Part shown: one piece after another, positions 23,345-37,050 of the stretch | Layout of the letters: the number at the start of each line of letters is the position of its first letter | How positions within the stretch are numbered: position 1 is the first letter of the stretch | Assembly (NCBI RefSeq): GCF_001194135.2 | Contig: NC_068991.1 | Location: 68,349,294-68,395,294, forward strand | DNA: 46,001 nucleotides | Direction of reading: 5' to 3' | DNA from: Octopus bimaculoides | Lineage: Eukaryota | Translations under genes and position numbers: made by a program | The notes under the pieces: generated by a model | The model's input: the letters and a program-made list of their open reading frames with translations, nothing else | Databases searched by the model: none | Told to the model about the DNA's origin: nothing

Positions 23345-23570
23345 TGTATCTTTGTGTCTAAGTTTGTGTCTCTTCCCGCTAAAGAACCGTTGCCGCTTAT
23401 TTTTTATATCTCCATAATTTAGCGGTTCGGCAAAAGAGACCACCAGAATAAGTACCCGACTTAAGAAAAAAAGAAGTAGGGCCGGTTTGTTCAACTAAAC
23501 TCGGAAGAGCTGGGATCCAGCATGATCGCAATTCAATGACTGAAACATGGAAAAGAAAGAATGATAAAAT
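23345..23570 (+). mobile_element. SINE family A, 3' half (diverged)
   Basis: ttagcggttcggcaaaagagacc...gaataagtac...ccagcatg...atgactgaaaca. Confidence 0.8.
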
Positions 23571-25853
23571 GATCGACGGAAAAGCAAAAACAAAATGGAA
23601 GAAGGAGATAGTGTTTTAGAAAGAAAGAGTAAAGAATGAACAAGATTATAAGCGAAAGAATAATAATAATAAAATAATATAATGCAGTAAATGAAAAGAA
23701 TGAAAGAATATGAGATAGATATTAGTGGTGAAATAGAAGAGTTACCGTATTTTCAAATACGGGTGAAATAAAGAAATAAATAGCGTAATGTGTTGGTTTA
23801 GCATGGTAAAAGGATGCTGAACATTTTCACAATTTTGCAGATAAAATTTCCATCTCCTCTAGGCTTGAATGTTATCCATAAATAATTTAGACCTGTTATT
23901 GAATGCAGCATAAATATTTATGTATTGTTAAAAATACACGCTTTTACAGTAATATATTTTGTTCGTGCTTTCACTTGTAGAAAACAACTTGGCCATCATC
24001 GTTGATATTAACAGCGTTTCTAACACAACATGGAGGGAAAATTCTCTGTGATTATTGTTCTGTACTGTTATGAAGATGGAAGCGTTTTTCGATGCTTTAT
24101 TTTTTTTTTTTTTTACTACTTGGCAACGAAAAAATATATCTATAATAAATTTATAAAAAGATATATAATCATTAGTTTTTAAGTTATCAAAGTATTTACT
24201 GGGNNNNNNNNNNNNNNNNNNNNNNNNNNNNNNNNNNNNNNNNNNNNNNNNNNNNNNNNNNNNNNNNNNNNNNNNNNNNNNNNNNNNNNNNNNNNNNNNN
24301 NNNNNNNNNNNNNNNNNNNNNNNNNNNNNNNNNNNNNNNNNNNNNNNNNNNNNNNNNNNNNNNNNNNNNNNNNNNNNNNNNNNNNNNNNNNNNNNNNNNN
24401 NNNNNNNNNNNNNNNNNNNNNNNNNNNNNNNNNNNNNNNNNNNNNNNNNNNNNNNNNNNNNNNNNNNNNNTATATATATATATATTATATGCTTCATCTG
24501 TTCTCTTTTTAAAAGTATCAAATGATGTGTGTAAGAATTTTTGTCTGGTAAGAAAAATCCTTTCTAAATATTTGTATTCTATGTAATGATAAAGAAAAAA
24601 AAATGTTGCATGGGAGACAAGGCAAACATCATTGCTTATTTTAAAGCTTATGAAGTGTGCAATCCACAAGAGATGGTGAAATATCTGCTCATATTGCTCC
24701 TGTGAAAATAAAATCTATTCCAGCTGGCTTGACTAAACCTATTCTGTTCTGTGCAAAGAGAATTAATCATTTATAAGTAATCGTAGGATTTGATAATTGT
24801 ACATGCCGTGCAGTAAATTGGGGAGAGAAATTTGTGAACAGGTGTTGAGAAATAAATATTGATAAATTACTGTAATAAATTGCAGAAAGGAGTAACTGAC
24901 AAGTTTCACGGGATTTAGATAACTTCCCGATTATGTTACTTTGTAGAAAGTAGAGACATCGCAGATAAGAAGCCCGATGGATAATTACAACCCCAGACGA
25001 GGGAACAAATTATAATTAGTGACAATATAAAGTTATGTTTAATTACCTATTAGACGATAAATATTTAATTGAACTAGTGGACTGACTTTTAAAAAAATAT
25101 TTATCATCTTGAAGGTAGAGTTGCAACTGTACTCTTCTTTGCGTCTCTGTGACCGGTGATTATCAATATCGTTCACGTTACTATTGAACACTTGCACATT
25201 AACGATTGCAGGAAAAAAAAAAAACACGTACAGGGAAGAACTTTTGGACGCATGTTATTCTAGAGAAAGAAAACTGGATATGGTAGTTTGCGTTGAGGTT
25301 GAAGGTGGATCAAAGATGGGCACTTGCGGGGGAAGGATAACAGAGTCTGGAGTACCTGAGTTGAGGGGATATAAAATTAACCAGCAGCGGTAGAAAAGAT
25401 AGAGAGGAAAGACAACTAATAAAAGTAGTGTTGCATTGATGTGAGTTGGTGTACAACTTAATGCCTATCGTTTGAAAATCCCCTTTTTTCCCCCTCTTTT
25501 AGACGAGACCTAACATGCCTCTGTAGCAGCACCGACACATACTTTGGTGAACATTCAGTTATGAGCATGACTTCTGTTGTTTAAATGGTCAGCAGTCGTT
25601 GAGGGCTGAAGTATTTTGTGGATCTGAAGATCAGACTTGGTCCGACAATGTTTGTTACTTTGAAGATGTGCGTTAACAATGGGATGTTGATTGTAACGAC
25701 CAGTTGGAGCAATCTCGAAGGTTCTCGTTGGATGCTGTCTATGTTTAGGTGGTGGTGGTTGGGTGATATAGTGCTTTCTTCTTACGTGCATTATTTGTGT
25801 CTGCTTTGTTTCTTGAAGGAGATTTTATTGGCAATGAATGACATCTAAGAATG

Positions 25854-26073
25854 TGTTATGTCTCAACGCTGCACAGTGGCTGTGTGAGCATTTCATCCTC
25901 GTCGCCACTGTTATGTCTCAAGCTACTGCTATCTAGCATCTTCGGATGACCTCTACTCAACCGCTACACAACTGCTACTCGACTGCTACTCAACACACCT
26001 ACCACGGCCAGACTACCTCTATTTATATGTCTTGGGAGATCCTACTTCTTCGCCTGGGGGCGTCGACACAATA
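25854..26073 (-). mobile_element. LTR mini-element: LTR (26073-25909) + PBS + 27 nt + terminal 13 nt of a second LTR
   Basis: 5-bp TSD GAATG (25849-25853, 26074-26078); LTR homologous to 8186-8339; PBS TGGCGACGAGGATG immediately inside the LTR. Confidence 0.85.
25894..25907 (-). promoter_or_regulatory. Primer-binding site complementary to the 3' end of tRNA-Ser(GCU)
   Basis: Plus strand CATCCTCGTCGCCA matches the 3' end of metazoan tRNA-Ser(GCU) including CCA (from memory); lies 1 nt from the LTR end. Confidence 0.75.
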
Positions 26074-26789
26074 GAATGAAAGATTCAGAAGAAATAGTAG
26101 TGGCATCATCTAGGCAAGAGAGTGTACTGTGACAGATGGCCGCAAATAGGTCGTTGACATGAGGAAAACGTACTTTGGAGTACATTAGAGATTATAGTAT
26201 GTAGGTCAGCGAGAGAGGAATAGAGAAGAGAGAGAGAGAGAGAAAGAAAAAGAAGGAAAGAGAGTTTTGAATGATTTACTGATACCAAAGGCATCAGGTG
26301 TGTTTCAGGTGGAAAAGAGAGTGGAGAGTACACTGGTGAGTGACATAGGAGTGTAGATCTCCAGTAGATCTGGTTTTATGGAAGCCATAACGCTGACCAT
26401 AAGAAGTGGGAGAGATTCGAGGTGTTGGAGAAAGTTGTTGCTAATGGCTGTCTCCACCTTTGAAATGCTGGGAGTATGAAGGAATGGTAGTTAGTTGGGA
26501 CATATTGGTTGCCCCTCTTGAGAATAGAATATCTTGTAGAAATTTCTTAAAGACTGGAATATTCCTCTGGAAAAAGAAAGGAGGTGATAGGGGGAGTTCT
26601 GACATTTGAGTTCAAATTCAACACGGATCAACTTTGCTTTTAATCCTTCCGGAACCCCTAGCTTGATTACCGTGTATACCCAAGTGAAGTTCTCATACAG
26701 ACTTGGTAAATTGGTTGGTCACGGTTTGAATGGCGTATTTTGTAAGTCTACACAGCCAATTTTGTGGACCAGTGGCTAGGCAATAACAA

Positions 26790-27390
26790 ACCACCACCAC
26801 CACCGTCGTCATTACCGTCACCGTCACCGCCACTCCGCCGCTCCGCCGCCCCGCCGTCACCACTATCACCACTATTACCACCAATACCATTACCACAACC
26901 ACCACCACTACAACCATCAGTCATCATCGTTATCACTACTACCACGACCACCACCATCCATCACCATCGTCACCACCACCACCATCAGCAGAAGCAACAA
27001 GACCACAACTACAACCAGTACGACAACTACTACTAACACGAACACCACCACCACCATCACCACAACTACTATTACTACCACCACCAATACCATCACAAGT
27101 ACTACCACTACGACAACAATCACTACGACAACTACTATCACCACCACCACCACTAAAAGCACCACCACCACCGCCGCCACCACCGCGACCACCACCNNNN
27201 NNNNNNNNNNNNNNNNNNNNNNNNNNNNNNNNNNNNNNNNNNNNNNNNNNNNNNNNNNNNNNNNNNNNNNNNNNNNNNNNNNNNNNNNNNNNNNNNNNNN
27301 NNNNNNNNNNNNNNNNNNNNNNNNNNNNNNNNNNNNNNNNNNNNNNNNNNNNNNACCGCCACCACCACCACCTCCACCACTACCATTACA
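26790..27390. repeat. Compound (ACC)/(ACT)/(ACA)n trinucleotide array (gap 27197-27354)
   Basis: Directly visible. Confidence 0.9.
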
Positions 27391-27470
27391 CCCCTAAAGA
27401 AAGCATCGTCGATGACAACGTACGTACGACAGACTCTGAAGCGTGGCTGGTTTGATGACTCAATGGTATT

Positions 27471-27560
27471 CTGGTTTACTGGTTTACTGGTTTGCTGGAT
27501 TATTGGTTTGTTGGTTTGTTGGTTTGTCGGTTTTATTGGTTTGATAGTTTGATGGTTTAC
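27471..27560. repeat. Imperfect 8-bp tandem repeat (YTGGTTTR), about 11 units
   Basis: ctggttta ctggttta ctggtttg ctggatta ttggtttg ttggtttg... Confidence 0.85.
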
Positions 27561-28190
27561 TACACCGACTGACACTAACATTGACATGTATAGCGTCGCA
27601 ATCAATGGTAAACAGACGATAGACCTGTGTAGCTGCGGTGATTACTAAACACTCAGATACCGTGTAATCTTCATTAGAAGCTAAATTGACCAATTCTTAT
27701 GTGACAGCGTCAGTGACAATGTTCAATACGAAGAGCATAGAGTGGAATTCTTAATAAATGTAATTGGATTTTGTCTCTTGGGGAAAATGCGGCTAGAACT
27801 GGATCAAATAGGCGGCGATGTCATGAAAACCACGCCCCCCTTGCTTCAATTATGAGATGATGGAAATTAAATATACATACATCCATATGTATATATATAT
27901 ATATATATATGCACGCATTTCTGTCTGTATAGTCACATACACACACATATATATTATACAGACATAAATTTTATATATACATAATGCATAATATATATGT
28001 ATATAGTATATATGTATACATACACACACACACACATATATATATATACATATACGTATATATATGTATATATGTATATATGCATATATGTGTGTATGAA
28101 TGCATTTGTGTGTATATGTTATATGAACATAGTTATATTTATACATTATACATATACACATATACATACATACACACACACATATATATG

Positions 28191-28228
<38 letters not shown>

Positions 28229-28544
28229 GTGTGTGTATGTATGTATGTATGTATGCATAATGTGTATGTATACATAATGTGTATGTATGTATTTATGTAC
28301 ATACATTATGGAGGAGGCCAAAACAGAAAAAAAGGAGGGAGTTGTGGATGAATAAATAAATGTTAGGAATATGCAGCGGGATGGATGGATGGATGGATGG
28401 ATGGATGGATGGATGGATAAAGAGGTGAGAGGATGGATGGCTTACTGAAAAACTAAAAGGTAAGAAAACATCAATATTGTGTCTATGAAGGATGGAAGGA
28501 CGTACGGCAGCTGGTTGGCAGCTCTGTGGAACGGATAGCTGGTC

Positions 28545-28854
28545 ATATAATCATCACCGTTATCATCATTGTCGTGATGATGATGTGGATGATGATGATG
28601 ATTATCCCCCTCCTCCAAACTCCTCCTCCTCCTCCTCCTCCTCATCATCATCATCATCGCCAGCACCACTTCCAGCACTGTCAGAGCCAGCACCAGCAAT
28701 ATCATCAGCTTTATCACCACCATCGCCACCGCCACCACCGCCACCACCACCATTACCACAATCTTCATCATCACCATCATCATCATAACCACCCTCCTCT
28801 TCCTCCTCCTCCTCCTCATCATCATCAACACTATCATCACTACCACCACCACCC

Positions 28855-28885
<31 letters not shown>

Positions 28886-29045
28886 GTCATCATCATCATC
28901 ATCATCATCATCAACATTATCATCAGTAAATGCAGCAGTAGGATCCTTACCACCACCACCACCACCATCATAATCGTCGTCATCATCGTCACCGTGAATT
29001 TTGTCATCGTCGTCACCATCCTCATCAACAACAGCGGCATCAATC
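28545..29045. repeat. Compound (GAT)/(CCT)/(CAT)/(CAC)n array
   Basis: Directly visible; source of the poly-H/D/M ORFs. Confidence 0.9.
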
Positions 29046-29182
29046 ATGAACTGATTGCTATAGTAACGTTGGCCTCTCCTGTATTTCTCCACACATTACA
29101 AATCCTGATACATTCGAGGTGTTATCTTCTATTGAACAGCTAAACATGGTATGTTTGCATCGTGGAATAAAACAGAAGGCAG

Positions 29183-29227
<45 letters not shown>

Positions 29228-29941
29228 ATCTCATTTTTACAAGAAGGATGACAGTACGGTGTTTTGTCAGTGAACAGGTTGCAGTCTCAAAGCGGCGAAA
29301 ATATTTTGGCAAATTGAATTTAAATGTTGAAGTGAATCTAACGGTTTTTGTGTGTTTCTTAAATGGCTTATGAACACCTTCCACGCTGCAATTGTTTATA
29401 TATATATATATATATATATATGTTATAATTTAGTACAAGCAGTTAAAGGTTCTCACTATAGTACTCGGAGTTTCAAATGTCGGAGCGAAGAGTTACGATT
29501 CATTCTCGTCGGCTATTAATGGCAACAGACGCTATGAAAAACCGTTGAATAAAAAGGGAGTAACTCCACTAGGTGGAAAAAAATATATAAAAAATACACG
29601 CAACTATATTCTCACGATACATAAACAAAAAACCTCCTGCGTTCACAACGTCTACATACGTATACACTCACACACGCACGGATATAAATATATACATAGA
29701 CGCGTATGCATCTGTCTAGAGTAAGCATGAAATCTAGATAGAGCAAGCATGATTCTACTGCATAGCATATTGTGCGTGTATTATATTGTATAACCTCGGG
29801 TGGATCGATACTTTATGAGTGAAATTAAGCAGACGGAGACTGCGTAGAAGATTGTCGATTAAATTCTAGCTGTAACTCCAAAGATGCAACAGCCTGTTCG
29901 TAGAACGGCCAAGAGTCAACATAATAAATACATACATACAA

Positions 29942-29980
<39 letters not shown>

Positions 29981-30064
29981 NNNNNNNNNNGTATATATAT
30001 ATATATATATATACATGTATGCATATATATTTGCGTATATGTATATATAATGTTTCTCTGTGCG

Positions 30065-30114
<50 letters not shown>

Positions 30115-30281
30115 CACATATATGTATATATATATATGTATATATATAAATATAAACACATTTATATATATATATACCTACACACACATATACACACGCA
30201 TGTGTATATTTATATATGATTATAGGCATAGAAATATGAGTGTATATATATATATATGTATGTATATATGTATTTATGCAC

Positions 30282-30316
<35 letters not shown>

Positions 30317-30902
30317 CGCACATACTAAAACACACACATAAATACATAAGCACAAACACGATCACTCATACACACACACGCACAACACAAACATAAACAC
30401 ACACACACACACACACACGTTGTATAAGTCGCGAGAAGCGAGAAGACAGTGTGGCCATAAATTGAATGCTAATACTGTTTGTGTTTAGCAAATCTCCGGT
30501 TGTGAATGAATATCTAAGTAAAATCATCTAATATCCATTGTCTGTGACACAACTGACAGCTGTACTGTTTCCATTGATCGGTTGGTTTAGCCAAGCCTCA
30601 CTGCTGGCTGCTTTATTTATTGTTGTTTGGATGTAATGTGTCGAAGCGGGAGTCAAAATGTCTACATAGTGATTCTTAACCAAAAGCACTGTTGCATACT
30701 AATGCTAGCTTTCCTGAATCTAGACGCTGAGACGTAGTTAATTTCGTAAATGTGGGGTCGCGTATGTGCAAAACATAAATATGTACATAAGCACATACAC
30801 ACACACACATATATATATATGCTCTCATACATACACGCACAAACACACGCACGCACGCGTACCTTTTGTACATTTATATACGTTAATATTTACTTACTAT
30901 AT

Positions 30903-31316
30903 GGCGGCGAGCTTGGCAGAAACGTTAGCACGCCGGACGAAATGCTTAGCAGTATTTCGTTTGTCTTTACGTTCTGAGTTCAAATTCCGCCGAGGTCGAC
31001 TTTGTCTTTCATCCTTTCGGAGCCGATAAATTAAGTACCAGTACTCACTGGGGTCGATGTAATCGACTTAATCCCTTTCTCTGTCCTTCTTTGTCCCCTC
31101 TATGTTTAGCCCCTTGTGGGCAATAAAGAAATAAGAAACGTTAGCAGGCCGAGCAAAATGCTTTACTACATTTCGCCCGTCTTTACGTTGAGTTCAAATT
31201 CTGCCGAGGTCAACTTTGCTATTATCATTTCAGCATCGATAAAATAATTACGGGCGTCGCTATAATCAACTTACCCTACCCACCGAAATTCTTGGCTTTG
31301 TTCCAAATTTGAAACC
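30903..31316 (+). mobile_element. SINE family B tandem: long-tail unit plus headless short-tail unit
   Basis: Junction ...gcaataaagaaataag|aaacgttagc at 31135/31136. Confidence 0.92.
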
Positions 31317-31449
31317 GGTGTTTACTTACTTCCGGCTATGCACAAATGCATTCCAATTATGACAATCCCATCTTGTTATCAGCTTTCTTGTATTTAATAA
31401 TGGTTTCAAATTTTTCTACAAGCGCAGCCGTTTTGAGGGAGGAAATAAC

Positions 31450-31619
31450 TCGATTACATCGACCCCTTCAGTGTTTCACTGGTACTTAATTTATCGACCC
31501 CGAAAGGATGAAAGCAAAGATGACTTCGGCAGAATTTGAACTCAGAACGTAGCGACGGGCGAAATAGTACCGCTAAGCATTTCTTCCAGCGCGCTAACTG
31601 TTCTGCGAGCTCGCCGCCA
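31450..31619 (-). mobile_element. SINE family B monomer, inverted relative to 30903-31316
   Basis: Reverse complement of the B head and core. Confidence 0.92.
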
Positions 31620-32024
31620 TATTTCCATGCATTTAACAATGCTACATTGTTCATTGGAGTCTAACGTATTTGATTTACTCTTTTTCAAAGACATTACAGT
31701 GCGGTTTCAGGGGTGTTTGGTTGCAATGTTTAGCAAATCGGGTCGCCACATACAGGTATTTTGGCTCGTAAACGCACATGTTGCTGTTTAACTCACTTTC
31801 AAATGTGATTCAGAAAGAATGATCAAACCCATTCCAGTAGTGGCCATCGCGTCATATAGATTTATCTATCACAACATTACTCAATGTGTCTTGTTTCTCC
31901 ATGAGATGGTTGGGTCTGATTTGTGAGTGATTTGGTTGCTATTTCTAGCGGATTGAGCGATCACGAAGCGGATCCCTAATCTTATATATTGCATCCTTCG
32001 TAAGTATAAATGAGAGCTATGTAT

Positions 32025-32068
<44 letters not shown>

Positions 32069-32078
32069 NNNNNNNNNN

Positions 32079-32121
<43 letters not shown>

Positions 32122-32574
32122 ACACATCACTTTCTTTAATCGCGATAATGTCTTGTATGGCCTTCTGCTGATAAATAGAAAAACTAAAATGTACAACAAA
32201 TTCCCCAGGTAAGTATCCTTAGATACTCACTTCGAGAAGCTTTCTTTGCAACTCTCTTGTGATGATATCTGAGAAACATACTCAGATATCGCCAGACATG
32301 CAAACTTGATCCATGAGTGCTCTTCAACGATTGGTGCTTTGTAGATGTCAAAGATATGTGACGTGTGCATCAGGGGGAGATATTTGACAAAATTTGAAAA
32401 ATTTCAATTTTTTTTTTTTTGCTTTTATCTCAAAATGTGTATTTGAAACCTCATCTTTATCCATGCTAAAAAAAAAATAGAGCTTAATTCACACTTTCGC
32501 ATTGAAATTTAAATCCACGGATCATTAATAAACAAACGAGGGATAAGCTCAGAGGATTCGAAGCGTTGTTGAGA

Positions 32575-32832
32575 CAAGCACTCCGTCGGTTACGACGTCG
32601 AGGGTTCTAGCCGATCCGATCAACGGAACAGCCTGCTCGTGAAATTAATGTGCAAGTGGCTGAGCACTCCACAGACACGTGTACTCTTAACGTAGTTCTC
32701 GGGGAGATTCAACGTGACACAGAGTGTGACAAGGCTGGCCCTTTGAATTACAGGCACAACAGAGACAGGAAGAAAGAGTGAGAGAAGGTTGTGGTGGAAG
32801 AGTACAGCAGGGTTCGCCACCATCCCCTGCTG
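32575..32832 (-). mobile_element. SINE family C, 5'-truncated
   Basis: Closely matches 10288-10545; tRNA head absent. Confidence 0.9.
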
Positions 32833-33518
32833 AGGAAGCTGAGGCTATTTGCCAGTGCAGAAACCGGTCCCCGTGAGTCCAAATACTTGAATGTATTCTT
32901 GAGACATTGCCTGATCCCGTTTGCCTTCGGACGGTTGATTTCTGTAGTTATTAGCAGTGCATTTCGGCAATTTAAATAAGAGTTTTGACTGTTATTTCCA
33001 GCAGGTAGACATACTTGGTATGCCCTTTGATTAATTTTAATCCTTCAGGTATATATATATATATATATATTAGTTAAAAATTCACTATATCGAAAGTAGG
33101 TACATTTTGCTCTAAAGGACGGAAGAAAACATCAATTTAGAAACAGAAAATATCACAGATACATATATGTTAACATACACATGTATACACTAACACATAT
33201 ATATCCGTACATATATATACCTACATATATACATACATACATAGAACTGTTTTGACAAAAATTCAAAAGACTTATCAATTTGTTAGCGACTAGCTTGATA
33301 TTAGCAGTGTATGTGTGTGTGTGTGCGTGAGTGTGTGTTTGTGTGTGCGCGTTTGTATGTGTGTGTATGTGTGTGCGTTTTGGTGTAAGTATGCTTCGCG
33401 CTCTTTATCTACATATATGTGAATGTATGTATGTATGTATGTATTTCTCTCTCTCTCTCTTTCTCTCTCTATCTATCTTTCTATATCTATTTCGACATAA
33501 ATATTTACATTATATATG

Positions 33519-33549
<31 letters not shown>

Positions 33550-35050
33550 NNNNNNNNNNNNNNNNNNNNNNNNNNNNNNNNNNNNNNNNNNNNNNNNNNN
33601 NNNNNNNNNNNNNNNNNNNNNNNNNNNNNNNNNNNNNNNNNNNNNNNNNNNNNNNNNNNNNNNNNNNNNNNNNNNNNNNNNNNNNNNNNNNNNNNNNNNN
33701 NNNNNNNNNNNNNNNNNNNNNNNNNNNNNNNNNNNNNNNNNNNNNNNNNNNNNNNNNNNNNNNNNNNNNNNNNNNNNNNNNNNNNNNNNNNNNNNNNNNN
33801 NNNNNNNNNNNNNNNNNNNNNNNNNNNNNNNNNNNNNNNNNNNNNNNNNNNNNNNNNNNNNNNNNNNNNNNNNNNNNNNNNNNNNNNNNNNNNNNNNNNN
33901 NNNNNNNNNNNNNNNNNNNNNNNNNNNNNNNNNNNNNNNNNNNNNNNNNNNNNNNNNNNNNNNNNNNNNNNNNNNNNNNNNNNNNNNNNNNNNNNNNNNN
34001 NNNNNNNNNNNNNNNNNNNNNNNNNNNNNNNNNNNNNNNNNNNNNNNNNNNNNNNNNNNNNNNNNNNNNNNNNNNNNNNNNNNNNNNNNNNNNNNNNNNN
34101 NNNNNNNNNNNNNNNNNNNNNNNNNNNNNNNNNNNNNNNNNNNNNNNNNNNNNNNNNNNNNNNNNNNNNNNNNNNNNNNNNNNNNNNNNNNNNNNNNNNN
34201 NNCACCTTTTTTCCTTCCCCCTCCCAAAAAGAAAAGCTCTACATTGTATTTGTCCCATCTTCGTTGAGCCCTGTGTGGCTAATAAAAGAAATGTATCTAT
34301 CTATATATATATATATATATACATATGCCCATATACGCATACAAATACACATATGTGTGTATGTGTGTGTATGTACACACAGATGTGTAGACATGCATAG
34401 GTTTTTCAGTGTACTTCACGGCTGTTACCACAATACAGCTTTATAAACAAGACAAAGAAAATAGGTTGGGAAGAAAATCTGATGCGCATTCCTTTGGCCA
34501 GTTCATTCCTTATAAACGGTCAGAGAAACATTAAGAACACAGCGGTGGACTACATCTGATGTCTGAGATTGGTAGGAATGTATCAGTTTGTGGCACGCAT
34601 CCTTAGTCCAGTTCACATATTTACAGACGAAGTGAGCTGTGTAAAGTAAATGATATTTCTCCGTTGTTAGGAGAATATCTCAACATCAGATCTGTCACTT
34701 TCGTTTGACCACTCCGAAATAATCTAGAAATTCCTCTTTATACATCTCTTCTCCAGACATCTTCCGTCTGTCCACGTGATACTTATTCACAGAAACTCAA
34801 AACGAGCACACACTGGCGCACAGACACATAAATGCGTACATGCATGCATACATGCATACATACATACATACATACATACGTACGTACATACATACATACA
34901 TACATACGTACGTACATACATACATGCATACATGTATACATACATACATACATACATACATAATTACATATTTACTTACGCTTTATATATACACACACAC
35001 TAACGCTAAGACATATATAAATAATATATGTTAACACATATATATATGTA

Positions 35051-35115
<65 letters not shown>

Positions 35116-35311
35116 TAGAATGTTGTTTGTTATGGCCGGTGAGAGAGTGACTATTGGCTTTGCACCTATAATGCGCGAGACTTAATTGGCCGGAGATACA
35201 TAACCTCTCTAGAACTAGAGGTAGGAATATGTCGATGGTCAATTAATTTTGTAAATAACAATATACCAGGACGAAACTCTACTGTGTATCTAATATATGT
35301 AAATATATGTC

Positions 35312-35676
35312 AGGCGTAGGAGTGGCTGTGTGGCAATTAGCTTGTTTACCAACCACATGGTTCCAGGTTAAGTCCCACTGTGTGGCACCTTAGGCAAGTG
35401 TCTTCTACTATAGCCTCGGGCTGACCAAAGCCTTGTGAGTGGATTTGGTAGACGGAAACTGAAAGAAGCCCGTCGTATATATGTATATATACATATATAT
35501 ATGTGTGTGTGTATGTGTATGTTTGTATGTCTGTATTTGTCCCCCAACATCGCTTGACAACCGATACTGGTGTGTTTACGTCCCCGTGACTTAGCGGTTC
35601 GGCAAAAGAGACCGATAGAATAAGTATTAGGCTTGCCCAGCATGGCCACAGTCAAATGACTGAAACAAGTAAAAGA
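35312..35676 (+). mobile_element. SINE family A, near full-length with internal (TA)n(TG)n and a deletion near the 3' end
   Basis: aggcgtaggagtggctgtgtgg head, B-box-like ggttaagtccc, central domain, 3' end gactgaaacaagtaaaaga. Confidence 0.93.
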
Positions 35677-35929
35677 TTTTGTTTGTTTTAAACTGCCGTC
35701 GATGAATTTGTAACTTTGCAACTATCTAAGGAGAGCCCTTTACCTTTCGCAAAGTCACCTTTACGTCTGGGAACAGTCGGTTCATATCACTCCAGCTCTA
35801 TCATTTGATACGAAATTCGAAATTACAAGTAAAAATCCATTTGATGGAAATTGTATTTCTACACAATCTTGCTAACAAGCCTTGGATCGATTCGAGACTA
35901 TGTTAAAGGGAATTATACAAAAGAAATAC

Positions 35930-35995
35930 AGTGGAATCGAACACGAGGCTTCATGAATGCGAAGCGAGCTTATTAACCACTTAGCACGTCTGGCG
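35930..35995 (-). mobile_element. Degenerate tRNA-like (SINE) head
   Basis: Minus strand tgctaagtgg (A box) and gtgttcgattc (B box). Confidence 0.5.
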
Positions 35996-36945
35996 ATATT
36001 TTCATATTTGATATTTTATATAACGTTCTGTATCTTTGAATAGTGGAAAACTTGTGAACTTTTAACTCTAGTCTGTAAAATATTGTGTAGTTTCATATCA
36101 AACTTTCCTATTGGCAGCGACGTGTATATTTCTCGTTTTAAAGCAGAAACATTTTAGAAGCATATTTAAATCTGTCTACAACAAAACTGCACACTCTCTC
36201 TCACACAAACACATACATATAAACGTAAAGATATAAGTGTACATGTAAAAGTATTTTTATCAGACTTACGTACATTTCATAGAGTTGGTTCAGTTTTAAG
36301 CTAAAACTAACCCGCTCCTTTATCAAATGTAATACGGTTTTAATACTAAGAGCCGAAAACATCGTCTTTGGAAGCGACTAAAAGCTGCGGAAAGACCTGC
36401 TTTCGTCTTATAAAAAGAAAAAGGAAAATTGAAAATAAGAGGAAGCTGCCAACACAAACGACAATCAATATACCGCTTGCCGAAAGAAAATGTGAATTAA
36501 ACTCGAATGTTTGTCAAAGATGACACAATGTTGGAGTCCAATTATTTCTCGGATTGTTGACAGCTAAGTTATCCAGCAAAAGTGCATGGCGATCCTTGCA
36601 CTGGACTTCAGACAAATCAACAGAAAGCATCAAGAGAACGTTTTAAGAGGATATGATGGCTGGCCAGAGATTAGTTTGAGCTCTTGGGGGCAAATAGCGT
36701 TTAGATTATTTGATCTGATCACTGTGGTAGACATGGGTCGTGGTGGTGATGGTGGTGGTGGAAACATGAGGATAAGAGAAGGGAGAGAACAAGATCTAGG
36801 AGAAGTAATTTGAAAAACACACACACGGATAATACGTTCTACAAAGACACACGCGTACACATACTAATTTATATATCCCTAATGATGATGCGCAGCTACA
36901 CAACCCATACACATGTATAGAAATATTCCTCTGTATACGTACATA

Positions 36946-37050
<105 letters not shown>

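Larger units (their letters stand above)
25100..26610 (-). mobile_element. Decayed LINE (CR1/L2/Jockey group) ORF2 reverse-transcriptase region, interrupted by an LTR element
   Basis: Frameshifted minus-strand peptides in the correct order: ILKRGNQYVPTNYH, NNFLQHLES, YGFHKTRSTGDLHSYVTHQ, GISKSF, HVNDL, A-DDAT (YADD remnant), FRSTKYFSPQRLLTI, LFYR, FPAIVNVQVFNSNVN. Confidence 0.85.

Noticed and set aside
25555-25791. ORF ending STTADHLNNRSH, resembling a Penelope GIY-YIG segment
   Set aside because: Another frame of the same DNA gives FRSTKYFSPQRLLTI, collinear with the surrounding LINE RT motifs, so the resemblance is coincidental.
32264-32290. Small GATATC-containing hairpins (here and at about 9747-9778)
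   Set aside because: 10-11-bp stems built on a self-palindromic hexamer are expected by chance in AT-rich DNA.
34440-34790. Possible mariner transposase relic on the minus strand
   Set aside because: No clear YSPDL or DD34D motif and no TIRs.
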